From: Octopus sinensis
Lineage: Eukaryota
Direction of reading: 5' to 3'
Length of the DNA stretch: 64,000 nucleotides
NCBI RefSeq assembly: GCF_006345805.1
Contig: NC_043001.1
Span: forward strand, 105,648,001-105,712,000
Below the pieces are notes generated by a model that saw only the letters and a program-made list of their open reading frames with translations, ran no database searches and was not told where the DNA came from. The position numbers and the translations under genes are program-made. This document shows, piece by piece, positions 26,568-39,986 of the stretch (the stretch's first letter is position 1; each line of letters begins with the position of its first letter).

Positions 26568-27461
26568 CTTATATATATATATATATATGTTTGGCAAAAA
26601 TTTAGATTCAGATGAATATGGTACTTAAGTTGAGGTACCAGAATTTAGTACGGTATTATCATACAATTTCAAAGCAAAGTGATTAAAATCAAAATAAGCA
26701 ATAAGGATATCCAAAAGTAATGGTGTACGATCGTTTCATGCAACTCCATTTAACTGAACAATGCAATCATTACATTAATTTAAAATGTAAAGTAATTTTC
26801 AGCTGCACAAAGACGTAGAATTTAATTAAATTATAAAAGATGGACACATTAGTATAACTATACCTAAAATCTCCAAGAAGTTAAGGAGATAGACACAGAA
26901 CATGTTGCCTCTACTGCAGCATAGAAGTTACTAAAATTATCAAGAAGACACTGTCTGACACTGATTTCTTTGTCTTTATGGGATCAGTTTTAATTTATAG
27001 ACTAGTTTATCAAATCTCTTGTATATATAAGCCTGAGAGAACCGATGGCAGTATGTGTTATGGGTAGGGCTTAGTGCAGTAAACAGACATTCTAATTGGT
27101 ATAGTCATAAAAAAAATCAAGATTTGACCCTCCATAAATCATATTTTAGAATGTATGGGAGCAACTGTCTTCGAAGACAGTTGAATGTTCGAAATGAAGA
27201 GTACATAGATAGCCGACAACCAATGAAGGGTCCTTTTTTGTGTTTACTTGTCCTGTTTTCCATTTTCTCTCGTTATTTACGTATCTAACTCGTTTGTTTA
27301 CGTATTTCATGTTGTTTGAACGATTGGTGACTTCCTGCACCAACATATGCGTATATATATATATATATATATATACATACATACATACATACATACATAC
27401 ATACATACATACATACATACATACATACATACATACATACATACATACATACATACATACA

Positions 27462-27497
<36 letters not shown>

Positions 27498-28511
27498 TAT
27501 ATAAAGTATAAGGAAAGGAAAAAAATATAGGCGTAGACGATCTCTGAATCCAAAGTTGGAATAAATCCATTGAAGATTCTACAAATTGTTTCGAAGTCTA
27601 ATTAATTAAAACAAGAAAATGAAAAAAAAAGTAATGCTTTTAAAATCCGAATTAGGCTTTCGTTTGAAATCATCATATTATTAACTTTGAATTACGGTAT
27701 TTGCTACGTTTTAGTGGATAATGTATTGGTTTCTAATTTTTTAATATTTTAATTGGCTAACTCTATTATTCCTGTTAGTTAGTAGACTATTGTTTCATTA
27801 ACTTTATGTGCAGTTTAGACTGTAATGGCAATTGTCGTTATCATATATTTATATAATGTGAATATGTTGTTTTATTTAAAGCTGAAGTCTTATTTTTATC
27901 TATACATATATTGTTTCCGGGTTTGAATTGTCTGGCGTTCGGGTAATTTCCTTCTATCATAATTTCATTGTTTGTTCCTGTCTGGGCTATCAAAGGTCTT
28001 TATATATCTTTTTGTTGGTCAAACCTATTCATTCCAATAATGATTCCTGAAGAAAATCCTAATTTTGATTTCAAAATGATTATTTTCTTTCGTTTTGGTT
28101 CGGAAATAATTCGGTTTGGAAACTATGTGTAGGGTCCCAATTGCATTTGTACCAACTTTAGATTAATAAGTCGTCTACACCTTTATTTTTTTCTTTACTT
28201 ATAATTTATTTATTTATTATACCAATATTGAACATATAATTTTTTATATATTCTTTGCTTGGATTGAACCGGCGGATTTCATTCTTTAACATCACTTTCA
28301 AGAATTTTGGTCCTTCTTTATATATATATATATATATATATATTAGAAGAAATGAGGTACTAAGAAAATCAGATGGTTTATATTTATAGATATTTATTTG
28401 TATATTACATTTTTTATATATCATATAACTTAGATCATGTATTAGCACTTTCTCCCATTCTAGTGGGGTTTTCAAATCAAACTAAGTTCCTGTGTGAGGA
28501 GTCTTGACAAT

Positions 28512-28547
<36 letters not shown>

Positions 28548-28556
28548 ATATATATA

Positions 28557-29650
28557 CAAAAGTCACCAGCAAAAGTTACCAGCGGTGTTCCCCAGGGAAC
28601 TGTTTTGGGTCCGCTACTCTTCATAATTTACGTAAACGACCTTTCCAGTGTCGTACATCACTGCAAAGGGAAAATATTCGCTGATGACACTAAGCTCCAG
28701 CAAATCGTCAATGAAGAAGCAGACCGAACTCAACTCCAGTCTGATCTATATGCTGTGAGTCAATGGGCAGGCAGAAACAAAATGCAACTGAATGAGGGTA
28801 AATTTGAGCTGATGCATTTTGGAAGAAATTCCTCACTAAAACAACCATACTCTCTTCCTTCAGGGGAACCGCTCACAGCCTCTAACAATATCAGAGACCT
28901 GGGTGTAATTGTTGTTGACGATCTCAGTTGGAGTGCACACATCAACAAGAAGGTCGATATAGCTCGTAGGATGAGTTCCTGGATCTTAATAACTTTCCGG
29001 TCCAGAGAACAAGGTGTCATCATACCACTTTTTTCCTCCTTTGTACGGCCACACCTTGAATACTGCTGCCCACTGTGGTCTCCTCACACAAGACAAAACA
29101 TCTCCAGAATTGAGTCACCCCAGAGGGCTCTCACTAAAAAAATTGAAGGCATGGCTGCTCTCGATTATTGGGATCGCCTTAAAGCCTTGAAACTTTACTC
29201 CCTCCAGCGTCGCCGTGAGCGGTACATCATTTGTACGATGTGGAAAATATACCGCCAACTTTGCCCAAACGACCTAAACATTAGCTTCAAGGTTCATCCA
29301 AGACTTGGACCACGGGCTATACGTCCCCTGCCAAATTCAAGATCACAACATACACGTACACTGCAACATAATTTCTTTTCCGCAACAGGCCCTGCCCTAT
29401 TTAACATTGTCCCGAGGGAGATCAAAGAGGAAAAGGGTCCCATCAACTTCAAACAGAGTCTGGATAGATTCCTTCAAAGAATACCAGATAAGCCACCCAT
29501 AATTGGATACAACTCACCCAACAAGAACTCACTACTTGAACAAAAGTTGACTTAAACAGGATTCGAATAATCCTATCAGGTGGTGCTATTAAGTTAGACA
29601 TGGCCTGGATCAATCTCTGGTCGAAACATATCTAAGTTTATCTAAGTCTA

Positions 29651-29655
<5 letters not shown>
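28557..29655 (+). mobile_element. 5'-truncated CR1-group LINE with uninterrupted C-terminal RT frame
   Basis: SGVPQGTVLGPLLFIIYVND, FADDTKL, DYWDRLKALKLYSLQRRRERY; stop at 29555, short 3' UTR, (tctaag)-like tail, flanked by (TA)n. The ORF-track start at 28494 is flank read-through. Confidence 0.92.
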
Positions 29656-29712
<57 letters not shown>

Positions 29713-29754
29713 CGTGTTTGTGTGTAAGTGTGTGTGTAAGTGTGTGTATGTGTC

Positions 29755-29880
29755 TGTATACGCGGGCTACTTTTAGTTTTCGCCTACCAAATTTATAGTA
29801 GAAAACACTTATTTAGGGTGCTATGCATTGGGACTGAACCTGAAATCAGGGCATGCTGGTTGTGAAAGGTTTGTACCGTG
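29755..29880 (-). mobile_element. SINE family A, 5' half, degenerate
   Basis: ttttagttttcgcctaccaaatt...gggactgaacctg. Confidence 0.55.
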
Positions 29881-30439
29881 TCCTCCCAAATGGTTCTAAG
29901 TAAGCTTTCATTGAAATTCTGATTTTTTTTGGGTTGAGCACGTTTTAATTTTCTCGATTTCTTTGCGTTTGGTGATTCTGTTAATGACACAATGTATTGA
30001 TATTGTACGACTGTTCTTCATAGGCATTCTATCACTAATGCTGGTCATTCTTGTCTAGGAGTTAGAGTTAGGAAAATTATTTTTAACACAGTATCGGCGC
30101 AAGAGTCCCTGTGTGGCAAGGAGCTCGCTGACTGCTACCAAGTTGTCGCGTTGATTTTCGTAGCGGTTGAAGTCACGTCGTACGAGAAAAATTGAAAATT
30201 TGAAGCACGACTACAAGTAAAGCATCTTTTTGGGGGGGATGGTGGGGGGGGGGGCTTTGCAGTGTCTGCTGTTTGTACTTTAGTATTTTTTTTCGAACAG
30301 GGTCTCCACTGGGTTCCAGGCATTTGTTTGCCAGTGGTCGTGTAAGAAGACTCACTGCGTAGTGAGAATTGTGTTTATTTTGGCAGGTGTGTCACTCCGA
30401 AAATTTTTTAGAAATTTCTATTACAGTGTTTGTGCACAT

Positions 30440-30580
30440 TCAAGTAGTTTGCTTACCAACCACATGGTTCTGGGTTCAGTCGCACTGCGTGGCACCTTGG
30501 GCAAGTGTCTTCTGCTATAGCCTCGGGCCGATCAAAGCCTTGTGAGAGTATTTGGTACATAGAAACTGAAAGAAGCCCGT

Positions 30581-30632
<52 letters not shown>

Positions 30633-30812
30633 GTGTGTGTGTGTGTGTGTGTATGTAGTTTGTGCCCCAACATCGCTTGACAACCGATGCTGGTGTGTTT
30701 ACGTCCCCGTAACGTAGCGGTTCCGCAAAAGAGACCGATAGAATAAGTACTAAGCTTACAAAGAATAAGTCCTGGGGTCGATTTTCTGGACTAGAGGCGG
30801 TGCTCCAGCATG
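30440..30812 (+). mobile_element. SINE family A, full length
   Basis: agtagtttgcttaccaaccacatggttctgggttcagtc...(TA)n(TG)n...ggcggtgctccagcatgg. Confidence 0.88.
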
Positions 30813-31889
30813 GAGAGAATTTGTGCAATGTAGGTACGTCGGCATCTGATGCTCCATTTACCGAGGGAATAATGGAAGTTGACCCCGATCTGATAAATCC
30901 GCTTTGAATACTTTTTTTCTTATATTTCAACTTCAGAGGATTCACTCGACCATATTTAAAATTCAAGTTGGATGTTTGTGTACTTCGTCATTTAATTCAT
31001 CTCCAAATGCCTATAGTAGAATTTATTTTAGAGTACTGAAATGTGTCAGTATCATTCTAATAGCGCGTATGTTCTCTCTTTAATTTGCCGCTTTGAAATG
31101 TAATACACGCGACTGCCATACGTTGTATTAAATTATTTTCGGTCCCATTGATTATTCAGATGGCAATTCAATATTTATTTTGAATATTGCAATAACGCTT
31201 TCTAAGCAGACGTCTCTCAGGTAAATATATATTTTTTAATATCTACTTCTAAGAGATTGCTAATATATTGTCTTTTTACTACAACATATTGTTTAAAGAT
31301 GAAACACATATTGATTTCCAAATGTTGCTTATATCGTAATTTCTTGCAACGAAAGCCAATGCCATGAAGTGTGGCATAAAATATTTCAAAACTGTAAAAC
31401 TTATTTCGAAGAAATATTACTTTTCAGATCTGATTAATTTCCCCACATACACCCAGCAATACTAAAAAAAATAATACCATAATTAAAAATAACAAATAAA
31501 AATATGCCGAAAACCAATCAAATGAAACAATGCTCAAAATTATGACAAGCAAAAATATAAATAGTGAACAGAAAATAAACACTTTAAATTTAATTTCAAG
31601 GAAACTTTGTTTCGGGTTGTCTGCTCATTTTTGCGTAGCACATATTTTAGTTTCCACTGACTGAAAGACGCGCGTGTGTGTGTGTGTGGGGGGTGTCTGT
31701 GCGTTTGTGTGTGTGTGTGGTGTGTGTGTGTGTGTGTGTGTGTATAAAATGCTTGTGCCACCCTTTGAATTCACAGATGTATTTCTGTGTCCATATTTCT
31801 AGCATCTTGTACAGAGCTTTCATGTACAGAGTAACTAGCATCTTGTACATAGTAACTTACACTCAATAAATAATATAGTGTGTTGCAAA

Positions 31890-32230
31890 CGGCACCACTT
31901 GAAGGTTGACACATTACAAGCTGGTGGTCAACACAAAATTATCACAAGCTATGTCAAATGCAGGCCTGTTTCAGAGTGACTGAGTAGATCGCAATCGTCA
32001 ATGTATAAGGGTTCTCTAATTAGGGAAGTAAAAACCTTTATTTTGAATACCAGTCTGGTTAGATTAAAAGCATTCACTGTTGTTCTATATTTTTTGTAAA
32101 TATCCTCCTTGGGGTTTTGTAAAGCGCATGACAGCACAGCAGCAAATTATATTGCAAAGAGGGTAGGGGCATCAAGGTTCCCTTGCTTTACTCCATTTTC
32201 CACGGCAAGCGATTCAGAGAGCACATGCCC
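31890..32230 (-). mobile_element. RTE-clade LINE RT remnant
   Basis: VENGVKQGNLDAPTLFAI*FAAVLSCAL...LIREPLYIDDCDLLSHSE corresponds to the RTE GVKQG...ELLFADDCALVAHSE motifs. Confidence 0.8.
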
Positions 32231-33250
32231 TGAAGTTTAAATAAGGCCGGACTTTTTCGAAAACTCAATAATACTCAGTTGGCATCGATTTTTGTGAGGT
32301 CAATCGGGCGTTTGAATCGAAAATCCCATAACGATGTTATTTTTCCGACAGATTTTGCATTTTTTGTCTGATTTTGATGAAAATCGATGAGTGAGCGAGG
32401 GTCATGGCAGTGAGTAGATGTCAGTATACGGCGTTGACAAGAAATCGATAAATGTGCTTGAGCAATGGTTTTATAAAATCAATAGGCTTTTTGCATGCAA
32501 ATACCCATATATATATATTATTTTTGGCCGTAACATTTATATTTTCATCCGATTTTAATGAAATTTGAGATTCAGGTAATTTAGGCAATTTTATTTCAGA
32601 GAAATCTGAAGGGCACAAGCGTGTATCAGCTATTTTCAGAGACTATTCTATCGATTTTTAAGATATGTTACACGCGATTACAGTTCATGTCCATAAGCTG
32701 AATGCGGCATGTAGATTTGACAATAAAATCGATAATTGCGCGTGAGCAGGGTCTTTAAGAAATCAATATGCTTTTTGTATGCAATTACCTATGGGATTAA
32801 TAATTTATGCTGTAACTTTTACAGAATTCATCCGATTTTGATGAAATTTGATATTTAGGTAAGATTTATGGTCGGAGTCATGCAGTAGAAATAAAATTAA
32901 ACTGGTGAAAGGCAGATATCGTCAAAATTCACTCACAATAAAAAATGAACTGATTTTGAAGAAAATTGACGCATGAGTCAAATTAAGCATTTCGACATAT
33001 GGAACATAGATTATTCTAATAAAATGTATTGGGGTTTAAACGTCAATGGGATAATTTCATGTAAATGGTCAGATAGATTCTATTTTATGACATAACCTTA
33101 ACACTTTTCTTCGGAGTTTGCTGAGATTGGACTCGCTGATCAATTTTATAAGAGGGAGACATTAAGGGAGGAGAGAAAGAAACAAATATCACTGTCAACG
33201 GGTCGAAATACAGCCAAATTTTTTACTGTAATTTCAGACGGTCCTGTATG
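32230..33250. mobile_element. Unclassified non-autonomous DNA-transposon-like repeat
   Basis: Recurrent (c)cgattttgatgaaat motif at ~32370, 32548, 32830 and 32950; non-coding. Confidence 0.35.
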
Positions 33251-33415
33251 TAGGAGCATGTCGAGAGTGGTAACCGAGGAATACGCCTGCGGAACCAGAT
33301 ATAACATGTTAATGGGTAATAGTTGGCACGGGGAACGTAGAAGATTTCATTACAATGCCAGAGGTGGGCTTAACTTCATCACGGAAAACACGAGCAAAGA
33401 CGGGTCCAACATCTA

Positions 33416-33454
<39 letters not shown>

Positions 33455-33767
33455 GGTATGAAAATAAACAAAACCAGGAAAAAAAACATAGCGACTAACC
33501 AGCAGACTTACAACAAACGAAATTGGTCTGATAATGAAATTGACCTCCTAATATCTAAAATGTATCTACAATAATTTATATGAAAAATATATTGTCTTAA
33601 TTTTTATACATGCTATGTCACTGGTAGTGGCCTAGCATGTATAGCTTGTATGTATAGAAAGCGCTAATATATGCTCTAAGTTATATGATGTATAAAAACA
33701 TGAAATATACAAATAACTATCTGTAAATATAAAATCATCCAAATTTCTGAGTACTTCATTTCTTCTG

Positions 33768-33804
<37 letters not shown>

Positions 33805-33812
33805 ATATATAT

Positions 33813-33909
<97 letters not shown>

Positions 33910-35000
33910 ATATATAAGTAGAAGGGCAGGCAACAGGTTGCCTTGCCGCATACCGAAAGAATTTGAAATTGCAGTCAGAGACTGTTTATTTCTATTTTCT
34001 ACAAGAGGGGCTCCACATACAACATAACCCTGCAATTCACATATGCAAAATCTCATTTACATACCGAAATCTACCGGTAAATAATTGTTGGTTGTCTGAA
34101 AAACCATCGAAGAAATATTTACCCTTATTATTATATATATATATATATTCTATACATATATTCGGAATTAACATTTAAATATATATATATATGCATTCAT
34201 TTTACTGTATGCATGCGTGCAGCCCTAGAGTTTAGACCTTATGCCCAAAATAGATAGAAATAATGACAGAAGCATATAAAATTAAAATGTTTGTGAATGT
34301 TGTTGTTTACATATACAGAAACCTACATACTTACTTTAAAGTCTCATACCCGATAATATCGATAACGATGCAAGGAGATTCACGAGCCATGATCGCTCTG
34401 ACAACTCTATCTACTTGCCGTCGAATCGGTGTGTGAGTGTGTCTATTTGTTGAATTATAAATTTATAATCGATCATTAGAGGAATTTTAATCCAGATTTT
34501 AAGGTTGTCTGATTTATTGTGCGTATAAAAGGGATTGTTTTTGTAAAAAACTAGAAATCCAACCGGGCAAAGGCATGCAGAAATATAAATACGTATTTCT
34601 ATTTTTATAATTAATGGCGGTTTTAACAATTAGATGTTACTATTTTCTATAAGAAGATGAGTGGTCTCATAAATATCGATTTGGTGCAGAAGGGGTTCTC
34701 TGTCATAACGGATTAAATGATAATAATTGGTTGCAATATCAAATGTAAGGCGATTATAAAAACTTTATAGATGACCATAAATTTTCTTTAATGATTTTTC
34801 TTCTAATTTTTAGGCTGTTCTTCTGCATATATAGTAACATTTTTGCCCTTTTAAGAAACCTAAATAAACGGTAGAGTTTGGTGACGTATACATTTTAAGA
34901 TGTACCAATAAACGGAAAAGTACTCAATGTATCAAATTATAGATTATTGTCTTTATAGATTTTACCTGTGCAAGTTTTAATGCACAGAAATGAGAAACTG

Positions 35001-35831
35001 TACAAGGGGTGGGGTTTACAAAACAAAAACGGAATTTGTCAATATTATTTTATTCGATTAGTTTTGCTTGTTTGCACATTTATCGCTCTCGAAGTATTCT
35101 CCATTTGAAGCAATGCATCGTTGGAAACACGTTTTCCACTTTCTGAAATAGTGGATGAACTTTTACGAAGTGACACCTTTTAACACCTCAGTCGTTTCCT
35201 TTTTTTTTTTTCTCTTACCCTCTTCCAAATCTGCAAATTCTGTAGCATCATCTTCCACATCACCTTCGAAAAAAGGTCTGAATCAAGTTCAAACTGTTCT
35301 TTCAGTTCACGACACGCATCCAGTCGTGACTGCTTTTAATCTTCCATGAGCAAGCGAGGCACAAATTTTGCTGCAGTCTTTTCATTCGCAATTCCTAGGT
35401 TAAAATTCGTTGGCTGGATCTTCAGGACACACCAGACATATCAACAATTTCGTCAATAGTTTGGTAACGTTCACTAAAATGAGTTCATAAATTTTCATAG
35501 TGTTTTCATTCCTTCGGGAAAGCGTAAGAGTGGCTGTATGGTAAGTAGCTTGCTTACGAACCACATGGTTCGGGGTTCAATCTCACTGCGTAGCACCTTG
35601 GGCAAGTGTCTTCTACTATAACCTCGGGCCGAATAAAGCCTTGTGAGTAGATTTGGAAGACGGAAACAGAAAGACGTCCGTGGTATGTATATGTATGTGT
35701 ATATATATATATCATCATCATCATCATGTGACCGACCAGACCATCAGATGTTGCAACACATTGCTTATCACAATGCGCTTCGCATTGTTTTAGACTTCGA
35801 ATGACGCCACCCCGCTGGCTAAGCGAGCAGG

Positions 35832-35891
<60 letters not shown>

Positions 35892-36040
35892 GGTCCCGGG
35901 TTGAGTCGGGGTTAACCACAGTAAATAAGGTACTCAATACATGGCAGAGTAAATTAATTTATTTTATAGAAGGAGCTTCTACTAGAACTTCCTGGTGATT
36001 TCATTTGAATGAAACAATTCTAGTCCTGTAGAAGCTCCTT

Positions 36041-36087
<47 letters not shown>

Positions 36088-36672
36088 GTGTGTATGTGTG
36101 TGTGTGTGGTGTGTGTGTGTGTGTGTGTGTTTGTGTTTGTGTTTGTCCCCCCCACCAACATCGCTTGACAACCGAAGCTGGCGTGCTTACATCCCCGTAA
36201 CTTAGCGGTTCTGCAAAAGAGACCGATAGAATAAGTACTAGGTTTACAAAGAATAAGTCCTGGGGTCGATTTGCTCGATGAAAGGCGCTGCTCCAGCATG
36301 GCCACAGTCACATAACTGAAACATGTAAATGCGGCAAACGTAAAATCTACTCCGAAACTTATGTTTTGTTCGTAACGGCGTTCTTGTAAGCCATTTCATG
36401 TGTGCCAACTGTTTCTGCCGCCGTTTTTCCCCAGCAGAATACAAAATTTCATGGACGCATGCAATTCATTCTTTTCAACCATCGAAGATAAAGAATCAAC
36501 GAACAGTGGGGAAGCACTGCTAAAGAAATAAAAAATTAAAATAATTCCACCGGTCGGCAGAATGATGACCCTGAGGGTCACATCAAGTGGCTTCTATAGA
36601 CGGAAGCTTGAACAACAACGGGCTTGTCACACTGAGAATGTTTCCGGTTACTTTTGAATACCTCCTCGAATA
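35001..36672 (-). mobile_element. Internally deleted mariner fossil with nested insertions
   Basis: MVEKNELHASMKFCILLGK, AAKFVPRLLMED*KQSRLDACRELKEQ, WKTCFQRCIASNGEYFE; imperfect TA-flanked TIRs at 35001 and 36672. Confidence 0.8.
35525..36328 (+). mobile_element. SINE family A split by secondary insertions
   Basis: 5' half 35525-35690 and 3' half 36130-36328; other elements and microsatellites lie between. Confidence 0.8.
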
Positions 36673-37704
36673 TCCTAGAAAACTGGGATAACTGTAGCGT
36701 TGATACAATCAAACTATTTATACAACTGTACAGAGTTTATCGTTTAACACAACATTAAAGAGGATTCGGATTTTCATGCCCATCTTACCCTCTGTTAGCG
36801 TGACACGTATAAAAAAATCTGAAAGCGTGCATTAGATGATAAAATTGAATATAGTCGATATTACTTCTGACAATACAAAATTTTTATATCAAAGATAAAT
36901 CTGATACCTTTTACGGCATATCTAAAATATCGCTTGGAAAATTCTTCATAACGACAATACTGATTAGATAAAAATGATTGTTGCATTTGTCAACTCGATT
37001 AATGTTACGTTAAATGGTGCACAATTAGGAAACGATATGTCTTTAAAAATACTAGCAAAAAGAAAGCAAATTTCTCGCCTCATTGGGAAATGAAAATAGA
37101 AATGATCGAGACCTATGGCATTTTCCGCCGTAAATGTGTGTGTTTAAAAAGGATGTAGCAGCTAATTCCGTGCAAAATTTCACATTGATCGATCGTGTGT
37201 CAGACACGAGTTAAATGTATGACAGTGATTTATGGATTTTACGTCTAATGAAACGAATATGTTAGAAGTGGTTAAAGTTAAATATCGCGCATTTGCAAGA
37301 GTTTAGCAAAAGTATTTTGAATTTTAAATGACGGTTTAATAGTTTTGCATGTTACATAATTGATGTTATATTTAATTCAATCGACAAGTAATACTACATA
37401 AAGATTGTGCCAAACCAAATAGTTTGTATTCAAAAGTGGGTCTTATATGTTTTAAAAGACAGAAAGTAAAGAGACTTGAAACAATCTACAAGGTAGGAAT
37501 TGCAACATACGTTTAAAGCATAAAATGTTTTTATTCAATTAAAATAACGCATTTAAAGAGAAACAAAAAAAAACAACAAATATTAGCTTCAATGACAGTG
37601 AGAATATACAGCTACTAAAATTGATAATAACAAAGGACTTCCAGATGGCAATGCATATGATTTATATATACGGTGAAACTATATAAATCTGTCATTTTTT
37701 AAAA

Positions 37705-37930
37705 TCTTTTACTTGTGTCGTTCATTGGACTGCGGCCATGTTGGAGCACCTCCATAAAGAGTTTAGTCGAACAAATCGACCCCAGTACTCTCCTATTGTT
37801 TTCTTATGCTAAACCTCTAACTTGGAGTGGTATATAGTAAAAGTCACCAGTTCAAGTTGCCACGCAGTGGGACTAAAACGGAACCGTTTGCTTCGGAAGC
37901 AAACTTACTAACTCAGCCATACCTGTGCCT
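37705..37930 (-). mobile_element. SINE family A, internally deleted
   Basis: gcggccatgttggagcacc...aaatcgaccccagtac...ttgccacgcagtgggact. Confidence 0.7.
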
Positions 37931-38162
37931 ATAATGTGTAAATTTCAATATGATTAGTTTTAAGTAATTGAATTAAAGAGAATATAGATAATGACTATTT
38001 TGAATGACAAAGATAATATCACTGAAGGTGTAGAAGCGTCAAATTTAAAATTAAATGCATCTCAAAAGAATAGACACTCAGAAAATGTCTACATTGTGTC
38101 TTTATCAAATAATATTTCTATTCCTGGGTTGATTTAGGTTTAACTGAGAAATCAATATATAT

Positions 38163-38398
38163 ATTTCGTTACTGCCCACAAGGGGCTAAACATAGAGGGG
38201 ACAAATAAGGACAGACAAAGGGATTAAGTCAATTACATCGATCACAGTGCGAAACTGGTACTTTATTTATCGACCCCGAAAGGATGAAAGGCAAAGTCGA
38301 CCTCGGCGGAATTTGAACTCACTCAGAACGTAATGACAGACGAAATACCGCTAAGCATTTCGCCCGGCGCGCTAACTTTTCTGTCAGCTCGCCGCCCT
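38163..38398 (-). mobile_element. SINE family B, full length
   Basis: Reverse complement of 39758-39986, with core gaggtcgactttgcctttcatcctttcggggtcgat. Confidence 0.88.
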
Positions 38399-38861
38399 AC
38401 TGAGAAATCAATATAACCAATCGGACACGCAATCGGGTTAATTCGGAATGCTCTAGACATCAAAGTCGATCTATGATTTTCATGTCAAAATTTTGTTAGT
38501 TTTTTACGCATAAGCCCACGTCTAATTCCCTAGAGGTGTGAGTTAGTTTCTAGCTTTAAACACGTTCCTTTCAAACAAACCTTTGTTCAAACTGTTCTTA
38601 GTCCGAACGATCTGCCGTTCAGTCAGAGCTCACCAACGATTATATCTTCTCAAAGACCATATTAATACGCTAAAGTGTGACTTGAGATTTGATTCTTAAT
38701 TCACGGGATCATATAGTGTCAAGGCATATGCATCTGTACACACCTTTACACATAATCACGGATACTTATACAAATGAACACATACACATGTTAGGCAGCT
38801 GACACGTAGAAATTGTATGATGTTAATTGTGCCAAATTCCACACTACTTTCCTTAGCAATT

Positions 38862-38984
38862 TGCATACATAGGCTCTGAACGTTTTCTATATTCCTTCAG
38901 GCTAACCAAAGCCTTCTGAGTGGATTTGGTAGCCGGAAACTGAAAGAAGTCGTCGTATATATATATATATATATATTATATATA

Positions 38985-39024
<40 letters not shown>

Positions 39025-39270
39025 CTGTGTGCGTGCGTGCGTCCGTGTGTGTGTGTGTTTGTGTGTTTGGTACCCACCACCACTTCACAACTGGCGTTGC
39101 TGCTGTGTTCACAATCCCGTAGCCCTAGCGGTTCGGCAAATATTGAAAGAGTAGCTACCGGGCTTTAAAAAATAAGCACCGGGGTCGTTTCATTCGATTA
39201 AAAGTTCTTGGAGACATTGTTACAGCATGGCCGTAGTCTAATGACGGAAACAATAAAGGATAAAAGAGAA
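38862..39270 (+). mobile_element. SINE family A variant
   Basis: accaaagccttctgagtggatttggtagccggaaactgaaagaag, microsatellite, then 3' half ending gcatggccgtagtctaatgacggaaac. Confidence 0.75.
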
Positions 39271-39757
39271 GAGATAACAATTTCATTTTAATGCTGAATC
39301 CAACGTGTTAAAACTGTGGCACAGATGAAGCACAAATATTTTTTTTTCTCTTCCTTCGTTTTACAGATTGCAGTATCTGATTCTTTGTTGGATCAATAGA
39401 TAAGAACGTTTAATTTTCTTGCTCGTATGCTGTTTAAATTTCGTTTTTATTCGTGTACATTATACGGGCGTCGTTGTTCATTATCCGAACTGTAAATTAA
39501 AGAAGCTTAGGGATTATTTGCCGATTGTAATACACTTTAATGCTATCCACACACCGGGTTTTAGTTGGTTATCTTTCTTTCTAATTTCCTTGTTCGTACT
39601 CTTATACTAATTTTAATTCTCATGTTATGATCTTCAATTATTTTTTAACCAATGCCTGCTTTTTGATTTGGTATTTTTAGTGTTCCTTTCGCATGATTCA
39701 GCTTAGGTTCGCTTTGTAAGTCTCAGAAATGTGTTAACTCTATGATATATTGCGTTA

Positions 39758-39986
39758 AAGCAAGCTGGCAGAAACGTTAGCACTCCGGGGGAAATTCGTA
39801 GCCGTATTTCGTCTGCCGTTACGTTCTGAGTTCAAATTCTGCCGAGGTCGACTTTGCCTTTCATCAATTCGGGGTCGATCAAATAAGTACCAGTTACTCA
39901 CTGGGGTCAATGTAATCGACTTAATCCCTTTGTCTGTCCTTGTTTGTCCCCTCTGTGTTCAGCCTCTTGTGGGTAATAAAGAAATA
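39758..39986 (+). mobile_element. SINE family B, full length
   Basis: gctggcagaaacgttagcac...gagttcaaattctgccgaggtcgactttgcc...gtgggtaataaagaaata. Confidence 0.88.

Noticed and set aside
30230-30256. G-rich run with G-quadruplex potential
   Set aside because: A homopolymer inside a decayed repeat with no supporting context.
30440-30520. tRNA-like A/B boxes here and at other SINE heads
   Set aside because: These are SINE promoters with no complete cloverleaf, so no tRNA genes were called.
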